From contig CALVYS010000005.1 of assembly GCA_944372355.1 (NCBI GenBank), positions 1-45,376 on the forward strand: a stretch of DNA of 45,376 bases. Direction: 5' to 3'. Shown here one piece after another: positions 26,799 to 41,900 of this stretch; position 1 is the stretch's first letter, and each line of letters begins with the position of its first letter. Source of the DNA: an uncultured Clostridia bacterium (GTDB taxonomy: Bacteria > Bacillota > Clostridia > Christensenellales > UBA1242). The position numbers and the translations under genes are program-made. The notes beneath the pieces were generated by a model that was not told the DNA's origin, searched no databases, and saw only the letters and a list, made by a program, of their open reading frames with translations.

Positions 26799-26827
26799 AT
26801 TTTAATTTATTTTTGCCGAATTTGCAA
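26799..26827 (-). promoter_or_regulatory. SigA-like promoter, leaderless geometry (ttcA)
   Basis: Minus strand TTGCAA-N17-TAAAAT, then 6 nt to ATG. Confidence 0.7.
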
Positions 26828-26836
26828 GCTTTTTAT

Positions 26837-26866
26837 TTGACATTTTTTCGTAGAATGTTTTATAAT
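26837..26866 (+). promoter_or_regulatory. Consensus SigA promoter of the giant gene
   Basis: TTGACA-N18-TATAAT; GGGAGG RBS at 26941-26946. Confidence 0.75.
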
Positions 26867-26951
26867 TTTATATATCTAGATTTATTTTACTTTTTTGCGA
26901 CAAAATTTGATAAAAAGCGTTTATTTAAAAATAATAAAATGGGAGGCAAAT

Positions 26952-29900
26952 TTGAAGAAATATTTATTGGCAGTTTTAAGCGTTTTTCTTCTCGTGGGTG
27001 GCGTGTTTATTTCTGCATGCTCAAACAGTGCTCCACAAGCTGTAATCAACGTTTCTTCTTCTGACTTTGTTTCCGAAGATTACATCGAAATCGATTTAAA
27101 CTCTGACAGGCCTTATGCGCAAGTAACCGCAAGTGTTGAAAATGTTTCCTCAGGCAGGGTGAGCGCCAACAACAACTCAGAAAGCATATTGCAAGCAAGC
27201 GCTGCCTACAATTCAGACGCAAACAACACATTGATCACCATCACTGGTGTGAGTGAAGGATTGGGTTATGTTGAATTGCGCAGTGAGGAGGGCGATGGCA
27301 CAAGGCTTATCACGGTTTATGTTTACAGCGACATATTGGGCATGAGCCAGAAGGCCGATGAAGTTGGCCAAGCCAGCGACCAATATGTTGTCAGAAGTCA
27401 GCAGGGTGAAAACCTTGTCAACATTTTGGATTCTGAAAGATATCTGACCTTTCTTTCACGTGAAAATGGTGAAAGCAATCGAAAAGATGTGACATGGGCA
27501 TTTTCACAAAACCAGCAAAACAATTTGACCGGATTGATTTTGGAAGCAAACAGCCTTGTGGTTCAAAACGGCTACATTGGTGACACGGTTGAATTGGTGG
27601 CAAGCTCGGTTTACACAGATTACTCTGCAACCGTTCAGCTGCATGTGCTCTCTCAACTTTCAGAGCCAACTTTGCAGTTTAGCAGAAGTGCAAACTCCAA
27701 CTTTGGCGACTACAACTCATCGTTTGAAACCCTGGTAAAAAATGACCAGTCAAAAGCAGAATCCGCTCTTTATGTCAGCCTTTCGGTTGAAGCTTCTGAG
27801 GACATCGAGGTTTTGCCTGTTGTGCTTGACAGGTTTGGAAACAATGTGACAAATGCACTCACCATCAGGCGCATCAATGAAAGCTCGTCAGGTGGATTGA
27901 TTCAACGAACCTATGTCGTTGAAGCGGCAAGTGCAGGGTTGGATCCTCAAACATTGACGGTTTACTTTGAAGTTTCTTATCAAGACTACAATTACACTCA
28001 AAACAGCCAGCAGTTCCAAGTTTCCTTGGTCGACGTGGTGGATTCCATCAACATCACAACAGATGGACAAACCGTGACCAATGGCGACACATTTGATGTT
28101 TACAACAACTACAACAACACCGATGGCTCCGGCAACTATGGCAGGCCTTTCGTTGTTAACCTTGGCCCTGACACTGTGGCAAATGATCAAGCAACCTTTG
28201 CAATCAGAATGCGAGAAAATCCAAACGGCAGATTTTTGATATATGTTTCAAATTCAAACAGCAGCTATTACATTCAAGAAAATTTCACACCAGTGCTGAT
28301 TGATGGAATCACTTACTATCAAAGCCAGCCGATCGCCAATGGTTCAGTGGTGTATTTCAGAGCATCTGGAACCTTTGGAAGTGGTGATGAAACCGATGTT
28401 GCATTCTATTCAACTCAATCTGAAAATGTGGCCTTAAATTTCAAATTGCGCAGCTATTTTGCTCCAAGTGCCAATTTTAATTTCAGCAACAATGTCACTT
28501 TGGATTATCACATCTCAACACAAACTTTAAATTCTGTCACAATCTCTTTCACACTTGATGAAGTGCAGCTTGCAGACATTGCCTCTGGGTTATACTTGGA
28601 TCCGACAGATGGAGCAGGCAATCCAAACACCGATTTTGAAGTCAGTGAACTGACAATTGTTGGAGAAACCGGCACTTTCACTGTGTCAAACCTTGAAACC
28701 AACTTGACAGGTTCATCACTCACAATCGCTTTGAGGCACAGAAATGGCTTCTATGCTACGGCAAATTTCACTGTTCAGGCTTTTGTGCCTTTGTCAGATG
28801 CCGTGCTCAGCTATCAAGGCAACAGCACCAACGCGGTGGCTGCGTCGGGAAACGCTTATCAAACGAGTGGAGGCATTGAGTCGTTCACATTGAACAGGCT
28901 TGTGATGACCTCTACAAATTCTTTGGTGTTGAACGTTCGCACCAACACAAATGCAACATTGAGCAGCCCTTACGCTTTTGCGTTTTACAAAACAGACGAA
29001 GAGCTTGACGGTTCGATTCTTGATCAGCTTCAAGAAAGCATGCGTGACAATGCTTCCGTAACATTTGATGCGACAACGGGCAGAATGACGGTGAACAATG
29101 ATGTCAAAGGGTATGTGGTTTTCACCTTTGATGGCTTTGATCAAAAACACAATCAAATCACCGTGCAAAGATGGTTTTATTTGGAAGGCTTCACATCGCC
29201 AACCAGTCTGAGGCCAAACCCTCAAAGCCTTTCTCTCATTGCAAGAGATTCGATTTCCACGCAAGATGCATCACTGGCGCAGGGATCGGTGAGAGTGACA
29301 TTCAGAACCGATGGAAATGCAATCACTTACTATGACGAGAGCAATTTTAGTTTCACTTCCTCCACAGGGGCAAGCGTAAATTTGCTGGAAAAAGGCTATA
29401 ATTATCAAATAACAAAAATCAGCACAACAGATCAGGTTTTGAGCTTTGACGTCGTTGCAAACACCACAAATGGGTTCAAAACTTTTGTCGATACGCTGGT
29501 TGTGGAATACACTGTTTTTGGAAGAACTTATTACGCTACAATTGAAATCAACATAACAAATGCCACAAGAGTTGAGCAGGTTGTTTGGGAAAATCAAACC
29601 TCAGATGGTGAAATTTACATAGATCTTTATGCAACAAACTCCACAGACAGGCAGTTCACAATCATAACCTCAACCTTGCCTTTAAGTGCATATAACGACG
29701 AATTGACTTACATCTTTGTTCCAGACAGTGGCACAAGCGCGAACCTTGTTTCCATCAACGAGCTTGGCATTGTCACTCCAAATTCGCAAACAGTGGGTGG
29801 AACAGGAACCATCTTTGTGCTGCCTAGCGATGCCATAAGGGTTGTCGGCGGCGTGGCTCAAATCGTTTATCTTTCAGAAGTTGATGGAGAGGTTACATCA

Positions 29901-32900
29901 AATTCAGTCCCTCTTTCAGAGCTTTCCAATCGCTATGATGAAATCATAAACGGCTACTTTGTTTCAGACAGAACAGCCGAAGATGTTACTAATGTTTATT
30001 ATAGAGATATTATTCTTAGAATAAGATTAACTGTTGCAGATGGCAGAAGCGAAGAGACTGCAACAAGGATTTATAATGCCGCTCAGTTTGCAGAAATAGA
30101 TCCAAACATGCACTACATTCTCATGTCCTCAATCGAACTTGCAGATTGGGAGTCTTTTGGCGCGCCACTTACAGGATCACTGAAAGGCTATGACAACAAC
30201 ATTTCAATAAGTTTAACGGGCCAGCCAATTTTCAATCAAATTGCCTCAACTGGAAAATTTGAAAACTTCACTTTGTCTGGCGAAGTCAATGGCGGAGGCT
30301 TTGTTGCAAATCTCAACCAAGGGTCAATCAAAAATGTGACCATCACCGTGCAGTCATCTACTTCTTCACCAAGTTTGCTCAACGGCGGATATGAATTTGA
30401 TGGAAATCTTTATGCAGGTGCAATCGTCGGAATCAACGAGGGAAGCATAGGTGCAGAAGATGGCGAAGTCAGAATCGAAGGTGTGACAGTAGACATTGCA
30501 ACCGGCGACGACCTTTCTTATGCCGGTATGTTTGCCGGAAGCAACTCAGGAGCGATCTCTTACACTTACGGCGAATTCTATATTTTTGATCAAACAGAAA
30601 GTGGAGACGATGTCATCAACACCATCACAGCTGCATATGTTGGAGGCTTTGTTGGCAGCCTCACTGGCGGATCAATCACTCACAGCTATGTGTTTAACTA
30701 CACTTTTGATGGAAACGGCACATTCACTGCCAATGCATTGAATGCCGAAGTATATAGTGGGGCTTTTGCAGGGGCTTACAGTTCAGGCGAGATTTCAAAC
30801 TCTTTTGCAATGGTCCAAGATAATATTAATTCAGGAATACTAACAAACATTTCAAATTCTTACTGGGGTGTAAGCGACGACACAGGTGACACCAACTCAG
30901 AGTATTGGATCGATGCTGGCGAAGAAGGCTTTAATTCATATGTAAGAAACGGCCAGCCTCATCTTCGTTTCTATCAGTCAGAGGCGCTGCTGGATTTAAG
31001 CGTGATAGCAGTTCAAACCACTTCAAAATTTTTGCCAGTCAATAATGGAGAAGAGGGTATCTTGTTCTTGCACAGGGTGCAAAACAGTTTGGGCATGTCG
31101 GATTCAGCTTCCACAGCGCTGACGCAGCTCAACACCATCTCTTTTGTTGAATTGTTTGGCAACGCAAGCATCGTGGCAACCTCGCTCAACAACAACATTG
31201 CAGAGGTTGTTGGCAACAACGTCCTCATCAAAGAAACCGGCGATTTGACATTGCAAATCACAGGCAAACAAGACTACACTCAAAGCAGAGAAATCAACTT
31301 TAAAGTCGTTTATGTGGTGGAAGATTTCCAGGCAACCTATGGCGGCATTCAATCCACAGGTTTTGACTTGCAGGAAGGCCAAACCGCAAACATCATCTTC
31401 AAAATCAAAAACAGCGTCTATCTTGCAAACGAAACCCAGCCGAGAACGCTGCGTTTGGAAGAAATGAGCCTGACAAACGAGGTTGGCATAGAAGACGACA
31501 ATGGCGAGACTATCAACTTCGATAGTGAGTTTGTCAACTACACTGTCAACGGCATGGTTGGAACGGTGAGCTTTGGGCTTGGTTTGACTGATGAACTTGA
31601 AAACAGAACAAGCGTTATATTGACTTCAAAAATAAATCTGACCGATTTTGCAGATAACGATGCCTACCAAACGGCAATTGAGCAGGCTTTCTCGCAAAGC
31701 TTGACCGTGAGACCTTTCCAAGGTGCAAATGAGATTTTGACAAATGTTGACAGCATGACTATAAACCCTTCTGTCACATCAAAAATCACCGTTGTGCTTG
31801 CCACAGATTCGAGTGCAGACAGCATCAGTTTGCAACTGTTGAGAAATGGCTCTCCGCTCACTTTTGGCGGAGCAAACAACGGCCAAACATCATTTGTTTA
31901 CAGTGACGATGGCACCAGCGCAAGCATCTTCTATTCGCAGGCGATTTTAGATATGTCGATTTCAAGGTCAGCCTATGATGAAACCACACAAACTTACACC
32001 TATGAAATCACATTTAAGGTGGCGGAAGATTATCGCTCACAGATTGCGGCCAACGAGGATTACACTTTGGTGATTAGCTCGGTTTCTGGCACAGCAAGAA
32101 ATGAGGGCAGAGAAGTTGACATCACTTTGACAAGACAAGACATCAACTACATCGACATTGCAAACTATGAAGCTTCAAATGTTTCCAACATCAATGGAAA
32201 CATTGTCTACACTTACCAAACCAATCAAGTTTCGGTGCTTTCACCAGGACGCAGCTCATTTATGGTTGTAAATGTGGATCCAAGTTTTGCTTATTACAAC
32301 TATATGACTCTCACTTACAGCGCAGTCGACACAACAACCAATCAGCCATCTTCTTCAATCTTGACCATGGCAAAATTGAACGAGTTTTCGGGCGGCGGCG
32401 TCAACAACGGCTATGTTGTGGATTATTCATCAAATGTTTCAAATGATGTCATCAATGGTTTGAGGGTGAACAGAGATGACTCTGGCATCTATGTTTTCAG
32501 ACTGTATCCATCTCCAAACATTGGATCCGACACAACTTTTGTCATCACAGCAGCCTTCTACGATGCAAACGGCAATCAAATTGCACAGTCGGTTTACGAA
32601 TTGTTTGTTTCCTATCTGCCACAGGCTGAAATTTTGGTTGACGGTCAAAACTCCACAATTCTCGCCAAAGGCGGCACGGCAGAACTTTCCATCTTGTTGC
32701 AGCAGGGGCAAGAACTCGACTATTTGACGGCCACGGGAGCAACAGGTGTGACCATCTCTCCAAAAGAGGCTTGGCAGGTTGAAGAATTGAGCAATGGAAC
32801 CGTGCTTTACACAGCTCAGCTTCGTGCATCGCTGAATGCTTCTGTCAACGGCACAAATGGAACCTTTGAGGTTACTGCACAAGTTTCAAGATATCTCAAT

Positions 32901-35900
32901 GGTGAGACCGACCGCAAAACCTCCACGGCATATGTCACACTTGTGAACTTCAAACCAACCTCAGCAAGCTTGGAGGGAGCTACTTACAACTCATCAAACA
33001 ACACCTATATGTTTGACACTTATGTTGGCATCACAAATGGACTGACTTTTGATTACAGTTTCAATCCAGAGAGCTATGCTTATGACGCTTCAAATCAAGA
33101 CGAGGTCGAGCTTGCAAACAGTCTGTATGAAGCAAGAGAGCAGTTTATTCAAGCAGGTTATTATCAAGACGACGAAACCGGCTTTTCAATCAATTATTAT
33201 AACGGCAACGCCATTCCAATTTATCAGAGATTGGAAATGAATGGCACGCGTCTCAATTTCACGCAGTCTGGCGATGGCGTTTATACTTATTCAAACACAA
33301 GGTTCAGATTGACCTACACCGAAGAGCGCAATGATGACAACGAAATCACGAGTGCGTATCTCACCGTGACAGGATTGACAACAACAGCTTCGCCTGTTTA
33401 TCTGACCCTTGTTGACGAAATCAGATTGGACAGCGACGGCTCAGATGTGCTTTATGAAATAGAAACCAACTTTGCAATCTCAGTTGGAATTTATTCGGAT
33501 CAAGACAGGGCGTTGCCTATTCGCACAGCAGAAGAATTTTTGAGCGTGGCAGATGAAGGACAGGCAGCGGATTACATCTTGCTAAGCGACATCACCTTGA
33601 CAAACTACACTCCAATTTCTTCTTCAAACTTCCGCTCTCTTGATGGAAACGGCTACACAATCAACATTGAAAGCTTCAATCTTGAAGGGTCTGGAACGCT
33701 GAATTTGGCACTCTTCACAACGATTTCAGCAGATTCTGTCATCAAAAACGTTAGAGTCAATTATTATCAAAGCCAGCCTATAACCATTGATGTAACCTCA
33801 ACTGGCTATTCAAACATCAACATCGCGGGCTTGGCGATCACAAACAACGGAACGGTGACAAACACCCAAGTTGTTGCTTACAAAACGGCATCGACAAGCT
33901 TTACAAATTCTGGTGACATAGGAATCATCGTGAATTATGTTCGCGGTTCAACACCGGTTTACATCGATGCAAATTCCTCCATCAGCAGCCAGGTTGCAGG
34001 TTTTGTCATCACCAACTCAGGCTCCATCACCAACTCAAAAGTGGGAGGAGAGGAGATTATCATCATAGGCGAGCAGGTGGCAGACAGCGACAGATTTGAA
34101 TACACCACCGAATCGCTTTCCACCTTCACAATTTCGGCGCAGGGCACTGTGTCTGGGTTTGTCATCACCAACTCAGGCGACATTGCGTCAAGCAGCGCAT
34201 CACAGGTTCAAATAACAAACCTTGCTTCTTCCAACCAAACTCAAACCGCAGGCTTTGTCATCACCAACTCCGGTGACATTCGCGCCTCGGCAGTGCAAGG
34301 CGTCAAGAGGCAGGGCACGGGCAATGATGCTGACACCTATCATCGCACTGGCAGCAACATATCAGCAAACGGCACGGTTTCTGGATTTGCCATTCGCAAC
34401 ACCACAACAGGTGTGATCAGTGATGGCTACTCCAATATTCTCATCTCCGACAGATCCACTCAAAACAGTTTGACAAGTGCCGGATTCATCTATCAAAATG
34501 AGGGCTACATTGAAACCTCTTATGCAGCTTCGTATGTTGAAAAAGCCAACATTCGTCAACTCAGCTTCTCAGGTGTGGATTCCACCGGTCACTCGTTGAA
34601 CACCGGAACCATTGAGCTTTCTTACTACTATATCGCCGATTACGATGATGACACGGCAAGCGATGTGGAAGGCACTTTGGATTCTGCAAACCTTATAAGC
34701 AGAGAAGAGGTTGAAAATCAAAACGCCTACTATGGCTTCATCTTCAATTCAACCTCCTCAGCAGGTGACGGAATTTGGACGTTGATTGAAGGCGAGGGCG
34801 TGGAACCGGTTTCGCTTTCAACCTTGACAATCTCTCACAGATATTATGTTGCCGGGCAAGATGGAGAATACTTCCTTCCATATTCAATTCTGACAAACTC
34901 TGGCAACTCTTTCGCGCCGGATTACGACACAACATATGGCGAAGACATCAACCCAATTTTGATCACTTCGGCACAGGATTTCCAAGAGGCGATGGGTGCT
35001 TCAACCTCCACCTCAGTTGGCGGACAGTTCAATGACACAGAAATTTTTGGTTCCTATCGATTCGCTGCCGATATCGATCTTTCAGAGCTGAACAACGACA
35101 TTGGAAATGCCGAAGTTGGTTCGGTTGACAGAATTTTCAGCGGCCAAATTGACGGAAATGGCTTTACAATCAACAACATATCTCTTTCCAGCAGCAACAA
35201 CGCAGTTGGTCTGTTTGCAGAAACTCGAAATGCTTTGATTCAAAATCTCAACATTGAAATCAACTCGATCACTGCCGGCAACTCGGTTGTGGTTGGCGGG
35301 CTCGTTGGCGTGGCAAAAGATTCCAGAATCATCAACATTCAAATGAGCCAACGCACCACCACTTCGGGAGATTCCGAGGAGCGTGGCGTGCACGGCCGCA
35401 ATGTCACCGGAGGCATCGTGGGCGCGGCCTTTGGTCAAAGCGTGCTGGTGGGCCTTTCAGCCACAGACGCCATCGTTCAAAGCGGTTATTACAACAATTC
35501 AACAGCAAACAATTTTAATCAGGCAATCTACTCACGAGGCGATTGGTCCTTCAACGCGCAAGCAGTGCGAACTTACGCGGAGGCAAATTCGTCGCAGCTT
35601 TATGCGGCCGACGGCCTTGGTCAAACCTCGTTTGCAGGTGGGCTTGTGGGTTATCTAGACATTTACACAGCTTCACAAGTTTTGCAATCCAACTATATTT
35701 ATGTCACAAATCTCAGCAACTCTGATTACAGCGTAAGCAATTTCAGGGTCAACAATTCAATTGACGTGCGTGCAGAAATCGTGGGCGGTTTGATAGGCTA
35801 CACCGGTCCTCAAACCAGAGTGCAAGATGCTGGAATTTACTTCACAAATCAAGCCAACACCTATGCCAACCTGCTTTCTTACAACTTTGCAGCAGGCGGC

Positions 35901-38900
35901 CTTGTTGGCCTTGCAAACGGCGATTTCTATCAAGTTTTTGCACAATATGAGCAAACCTTGCAAGATGAAATTGAAAGCAGCACCAGCCAGTATTATGGCG
36001 GAGCTTCAACCACCGAGCGTGGCTTGACCGACATATTTGAAGGCACGGCAAGTGAAGTTGGCGCTCAAAGCTATCAACCAAAGTTTGTTGGTGGTCTGTT
36101 CGGCGTGATTGGCACGGGCAGGGTTTACATTGCTTACAGCAAAATCAATGCAATCAATCCTCAAAATGGCGGCTATGCAGGTGGCATTGCCGGAGGGGTT
36201 TATAATGCCTCCGAATTCTTGATAGACGATCCTGCATCAAGCAGCAGTCAAGCAACGATTGCAACCACACTTTTGCTCAATGAAGTTTACGCTTCTGGCG
36301 ATGTTTATGCCGAAGGTGTCTTCAACAATGTTGCAACGCATTTCGGCGGGCTGTTTGGCAGATTCCTGAACGTTGGCAGCACCAATGTCAAACTTTCAAT
36401 GGCCGCAGTCAATGCAGTCAACGAATATGGCATCTTGGGTGAGGGTTATTATTCCGAATCCAACCCAACTGGAATTAATCAGATAAACGCCTTAGTGGGA
36501 ACGATGGACGCCGGCGCTTCTGTGTTTGTCTATGCAGTTTCTGCAAGCGGACAAAATTTGCCAGATGTGTCCGACATCAAATCGTATGGCTACATGAGCT
36601 CCTACACCTCTGGCTCTGTCACCGTCAACGTGAAGAGCGGCGTATATAAAGAAACTGAGTCAAGTGGAGATGAAGAAACTGGGTCAGATGATGGAAGCAG
36701 CCCTAATGAAGTAGATGCTGACTATGTGTTCAGAATCGAGTCAGTCAGCTCGTTCACCTCGCCAGAAGATGGCTTCACTGACACAAACGGAGCCTTCATC
36801 AATTCAAACGCTTGGAGCAGCGACAACTGGATTCATGAAACCACCAAGCTCTATCCAGACATCAACCTTGTCAACACCATTTCTTACATTTATCTTGATC
36901 AAGATAATGTTGACAGCGTGGTGGCAAGAATGCAAAATTCGTCCATCGAAGTTCGTGTGCGCGGCAAAAGAGTAGACGAAAATGGCAATGTCTCATATGG
37001 ATATGTGGATTTGAGAGATTACACAATTGAAAACTTCACTGGCCGTTTGGTTGGTGCGGTTGACAACAGCTGGTTTGTAAACTCCAATTTCGGAGCATAT
37101 ACAAATGGCGATGAGAATTCTACGGACATCTTCAGCAACAACTATCCAGGTATAATCTTGAATGGCACATTGTTTGAAACCCCGCTCTCAGGTGCAACTT
37201 TCCAAAATTTGAACATAGTTTTTGACTCAGAACCAGAAGGAGCATCTATTGGCAGCTCGTTTATTTCAGGAACAAACTTGCAGGATCTCACATTCTCTGA
37301 TATAAACGCTTGGTTTGTTGATGGAGTAAGCATCACTGCCGAAGAAAGCGGCGGCAACGCCTATGGCGGCTTGTTTGTTTCCTCTGCAACCAACACAAGT
37401 TTCAGAAACATCTTGTTGCAATTCTCTGCAACTAACACTGATAGCGGTAATATAGTCAAATTCACAACCAGTACCAACAATAATAATGATGAGGTTCAAT
37501 ATACTGATGCTGCTTTTGGCTTGCTGGCAGGTCAGCTTGTGCAGGGCTCGCCATTTGACGCATTGCGTGTTCAAAACATTACAATCAAACACAAAGAAAT
37601 AGACAATCTTGATGCCGACCATGCATTGATGAGGGTTGAAATTGGAAATAATGTTGCAAACCTCTATGCAGGCTTGTATGTTGGAAACATTAGAAACTCA
37701 GAGGGAGGACAATATGCAGGAGTCAACATCACAGCCAGAGCACCTCAATCGGCAAATGATGATTATAGTGAAGATACCTTTACATCAGCTTTGAGCCTTG
37801 GTGGCGGATTCAGCGTGACAGGCACGGCTTATATTGGCGGATTTGTTGGTCAAATATCCACATCAAACACGGCCTTCACATTCATAAAGGATCAAACTTA
37901 TCAGCAAAGCATAAACATCTATGCCGATTTCGCGGCTGCGGATATGAACATTGGTGGACTTTTTGGTGATGCCACTCTGACAAGTTTTTCAACAGACATA
38001 ACGGTGGAAGGCACACAGCAATTATTTGATTCGAACATTCGCCTGACGAAAAACATTGGAACTGATAACGGAAATGACAAAAAAGGAAATCTTAATGCTG
38101 GTCTGCTTGCGGGTAGTATCTCCTCTGGGGCGAACATAAGCCTTAATCCTACTTCACGCTACACGATTTCTGGCTCCATCAGTGCGGCCATTACATCAAG
38201 CACGACTGAAACTGACACCACAGGAATAAGCGGCAACGCACATTTGGGCGGCTTGGTTGGACGCAATAATGCCAACATCACTGTCACAAACCTTGATCTT
38301 TCCTTTGAAATTTATGGAACAGGCAATGACGAAAGTGCAGATGAAAATGCCTTTGAGTTGACAAACGATGCAATGGGAAAAGCCTTCCAAGCAAACGCAA
38401 TCGATGCTGGTGGCCTTGTTGGAACCAATGCTGGCGATCTGATCATTGGCGAAGAGCAAGAGGTGGGCCCAGGCACTGGTGTCAGCGTAAATGCAGATCG
38501 AGAAAACCTCAGGCTTCAAGCCACTGGTGGAGAGCTCAATGCTGGCGGTCTTGTTGGAAATATGACCGGAGGCAGCGCCACAATTCAGGCTTTAAGCGAC
38601 AATGCTTCAATAATTTGGGCTCTTGGCAACACAAGTGGAACAACAAATGTTGGCGGCATAATCGGCGATGTGACAAGCGGCGTTTCTGAATTGAGCATCA
38701 GTAAGGCACAAAGTGATGTCAACTTCTTTGTAAGCGCAAAAGATGTCAACGCAGGTGGAATCATAGGCCATTTAAATTCAGCTGCAACAATCGACAGCAC
38801 TGAAATCGACAGCACTGAATTTTCTGGCTCCTTCAAGGTGTTTGGCGGCACAAGCAATTCCGGCGATCATAAGATGGGCGGTGTTGTTGGATATGTCGGT

Positions 38901-41900
38901 GAGGGGTCTCAAATCGATATAATTTCAAACAAAACCTATGGTGATGTAATTTACACCTACGGCTCTGACTTCACGGGATTAGGTAGTTATCACTTTGGCG
39001 GCGTTGTTGGTGACGTGGATTCAGGTTCGGTATCACTTGGTGCAAACATTGTGGCGTTCACAAACAACAATCAAGCGCGCGCAAGTGGAACGCATTTCGC
39101 TGATGCAATGGTGGGGAATGGTGGCTTTACTCAGTATACAGGAATTTCGGATATCACCAACTATTATTCTTCGCAGCTTGTTTTGGCAACCAGCGACAAC
39201 GCTGTGGATTTGAACTACAACATAGAAAAAGGCACAACACCAGTCACAGGTTATTCTCCAAATGGTGAAAATTATCAGGCTCTAGCTCAATCCATCATTA
39301 CAAAGCTTTTTGGCAAAGATGTTTATGGCGACAGTGGCACAAAATTCAACCCTGTAACAGATGGCACAACAGCCGTTACCACTGAGGGTGAGGTAAAAAC
39401 AGTCAACACCACTCATGGCATTCAGTATTACACAACCAAATATCCAAACTACATTCAAGGCACCACTGAGTCAACCACTGAGACAACCACAACCTCGCCA
39501 AATGCCTACGCCTTTATCGGTGATTGGGTTCAGCAAACATCGGCACTTGAAACGCTTTCACAACACAGCTTCGTCTCCGGCGTTTACACCAATCTTGACA
39601 TTCAAGACGCAAATAATACGACTCGTTATGGCAAAAACAGCGGCGGAATTGTCAACACAATGACTGGCGGCATAATCTATGCCAGCCTATCCTCTGGCAC
39701 GCTTTCAGTGGGTGGAGGTGAAGATAAACAAATAAACCTTGGTGGCATCGTTGGCCTCATGACAGGCGGCTACATCAACGAATGCTCTTCCTCACTTGAA
39801 ATCGTCTATCGCGCAGCAACAGGTGGCACAGCTTCTGGCATTGCAACGTCGTTAGAAACAGACAACACAACAAACACACCGCTCAACAGAATTTACATCA
39901 ACAACACTTATTCAACTGGCACAATCACCTCTTACATTGATGCCAACCTCTTTTCCTTCACAAATGGCACAGCAGCGGGCACAGGCACCGATGGAAGAAC
40001 CCATTTCTACATTACAAACAGCTACACAATCTCTCGCGTAAATTGGAATGATTACACAAGTGATAAAACATCACATGCTAATACTATATATTTGGGCGTT
40101 ACTGGTTCTGCGCAAACAAATACTTTTGCCTATGATCCTAACGCTTTAGGAGATGCTTATAATAAAGAAAATAAAAGCACAGAAGCAATAGATAATTCCG
40201 ACGACTCACAAGATACAAATAAATGGATTTATCCAGCGTCATTTAATTCTAACGATTCAGGCTCTGTTCCAGGGGGTGGTATTCTGATTGGGACAGACAA
40301 AGGTTGGTCGAAAACTAACACGATCAACTATGGCTATCCTGTGCGCAACTTTGCACAATTCAAAGATTTTACAACTCAAACAACAATTGGCACCATAATT
40401 TATCAACAAATCCCAAATGTCACCAAGTTTGTTCAAGCATCTGACACAGACAAAAACTACATTCTCACAAACGACATTGATTTCAACGAAACGACTTATG
40501 CTGATTCTTGGACCAGCCTTATCTTTACAAACGTCGCATACTTCGATGGTGACGGGCACACGATCAGCAACCTTACGGCTAGGACATTGATTGACACGGT
40601 TCAAAACATTTCCAACCTCCGCGTGACAGATGCTGCGCTGAACGCCCAAGCAGTGGTTGCCCTTCATGTCACAGGAAACGCAACCAATGTGATCGCAACA
40701 GGAACGTTGAATGGCTCAGGCTCCAATGTTGGAGGGCTGTTCGCACAAGCAGAAGGGGAAATAGAAAATTGTAAAAACTATGTGGCAATATTAAGTTGTT
40801 CAACCCCAGGAGCGCGTGTTGGAGGAATTGTAGGGTATTCAACCGCTTCAATTTCCAACTCGTTCAACTATTCTCCAATTGATGCGAATGTAACAGGTGG
40901 TTATGTCGGAGGTATTGTGGGTTATTTATATGGATCCACCGGAAATGAAATTACTGATTGTGGCAATGAAAACACGGTGTTTAATGGTTACACCACTACA
41001 ACCAATAATGGCGACTATTATGCTGCCGGCATTGCAGGTTATTCAAATGTCAACATTTCCAACTGCTACAACACCTCGATGGTCAAAGCTGGCAACAAGG
41101 GCATCAATGCGGATGGATCTGGTGCAGCCTATGCCGCAGGTATAGTGGCAACAGCAAATAATAATATTTCAGTTTCCTCCTGCACAAACACCGGCTTCAT
41201 TGAGGCACTTGGAAGCAACACACCAAATACTAAAACAGCGTTCAGTTTTGGGGAAGATATATACTCAGACGGAAGCGAAGATGAAAATGAAAACAAACAA
41301 TTAACCGGCACGACAAAAAATGACGAATATTTTACTACAACGGAATACATTTCATACTTAATAAATTGCAATAATATAATAAACGTTCAGGTCGATCCTA
41401 TTGGAATTGACATGAGTAGTCAAAGTGACAACTTAAACGAAGGCTCGATTTACAAAAACGGAGCATTTGGCTCTCGGTCAGGAAGTGTGTTGGTGACAAT
41501 CCCAACCTACGAACCTGGCTGGAATGGTTCAAGCGTGAACATATCAGTTAATGATATAACAATTTCATTAACTTCTGCTCCAACAGCAGTTGTCGCAGAA
41601 ACCGATGAACTTGGTGCAATGACCAAATTCTATGTCAAGACCCAAAGAACGATTAATTATGCGTGGTCAGTTCAAAGATATCAACAACGATATTGGGAAG
41701 TTGTTGATATTAACCAAAATGGAAACCAACAAGTAGATTTTAGTCAAAATAAATATTATGCGCAACGAGCAAAAATGGGAACCTCTTATAATGGAGGTGG
41801 CGCAAGCATTAACACAAATCAAGGTTCAGGGGAATACGAACTAGTATCAATTAATGGAGCTAAATATTATTTTGTAGACAGTGCTTCTGCATTTATGACG

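Noticed and set aside
26896-26902. Near-Spo0A box (minus strand TGTCGCA) in the giant gene leader, and TGTCGAG near spoIIID
   Set aside because: 6/7 matches are expected by chance, and nothing else supports them.
26813-27064. 83-aa + strand ORF
   Set aside because: It spans the promoter and is out of frame with the giant gene's lipoprotein signal.
33999-34273. 23-bp repeats as a CRISPR array or DGR template/variable repeats
   Set aside because: Spacing is irregular (156 and 96 nt), the repeats are in-frame coding with only synonymous differences, and there is no cas or reverse transcriptase gene in the window.
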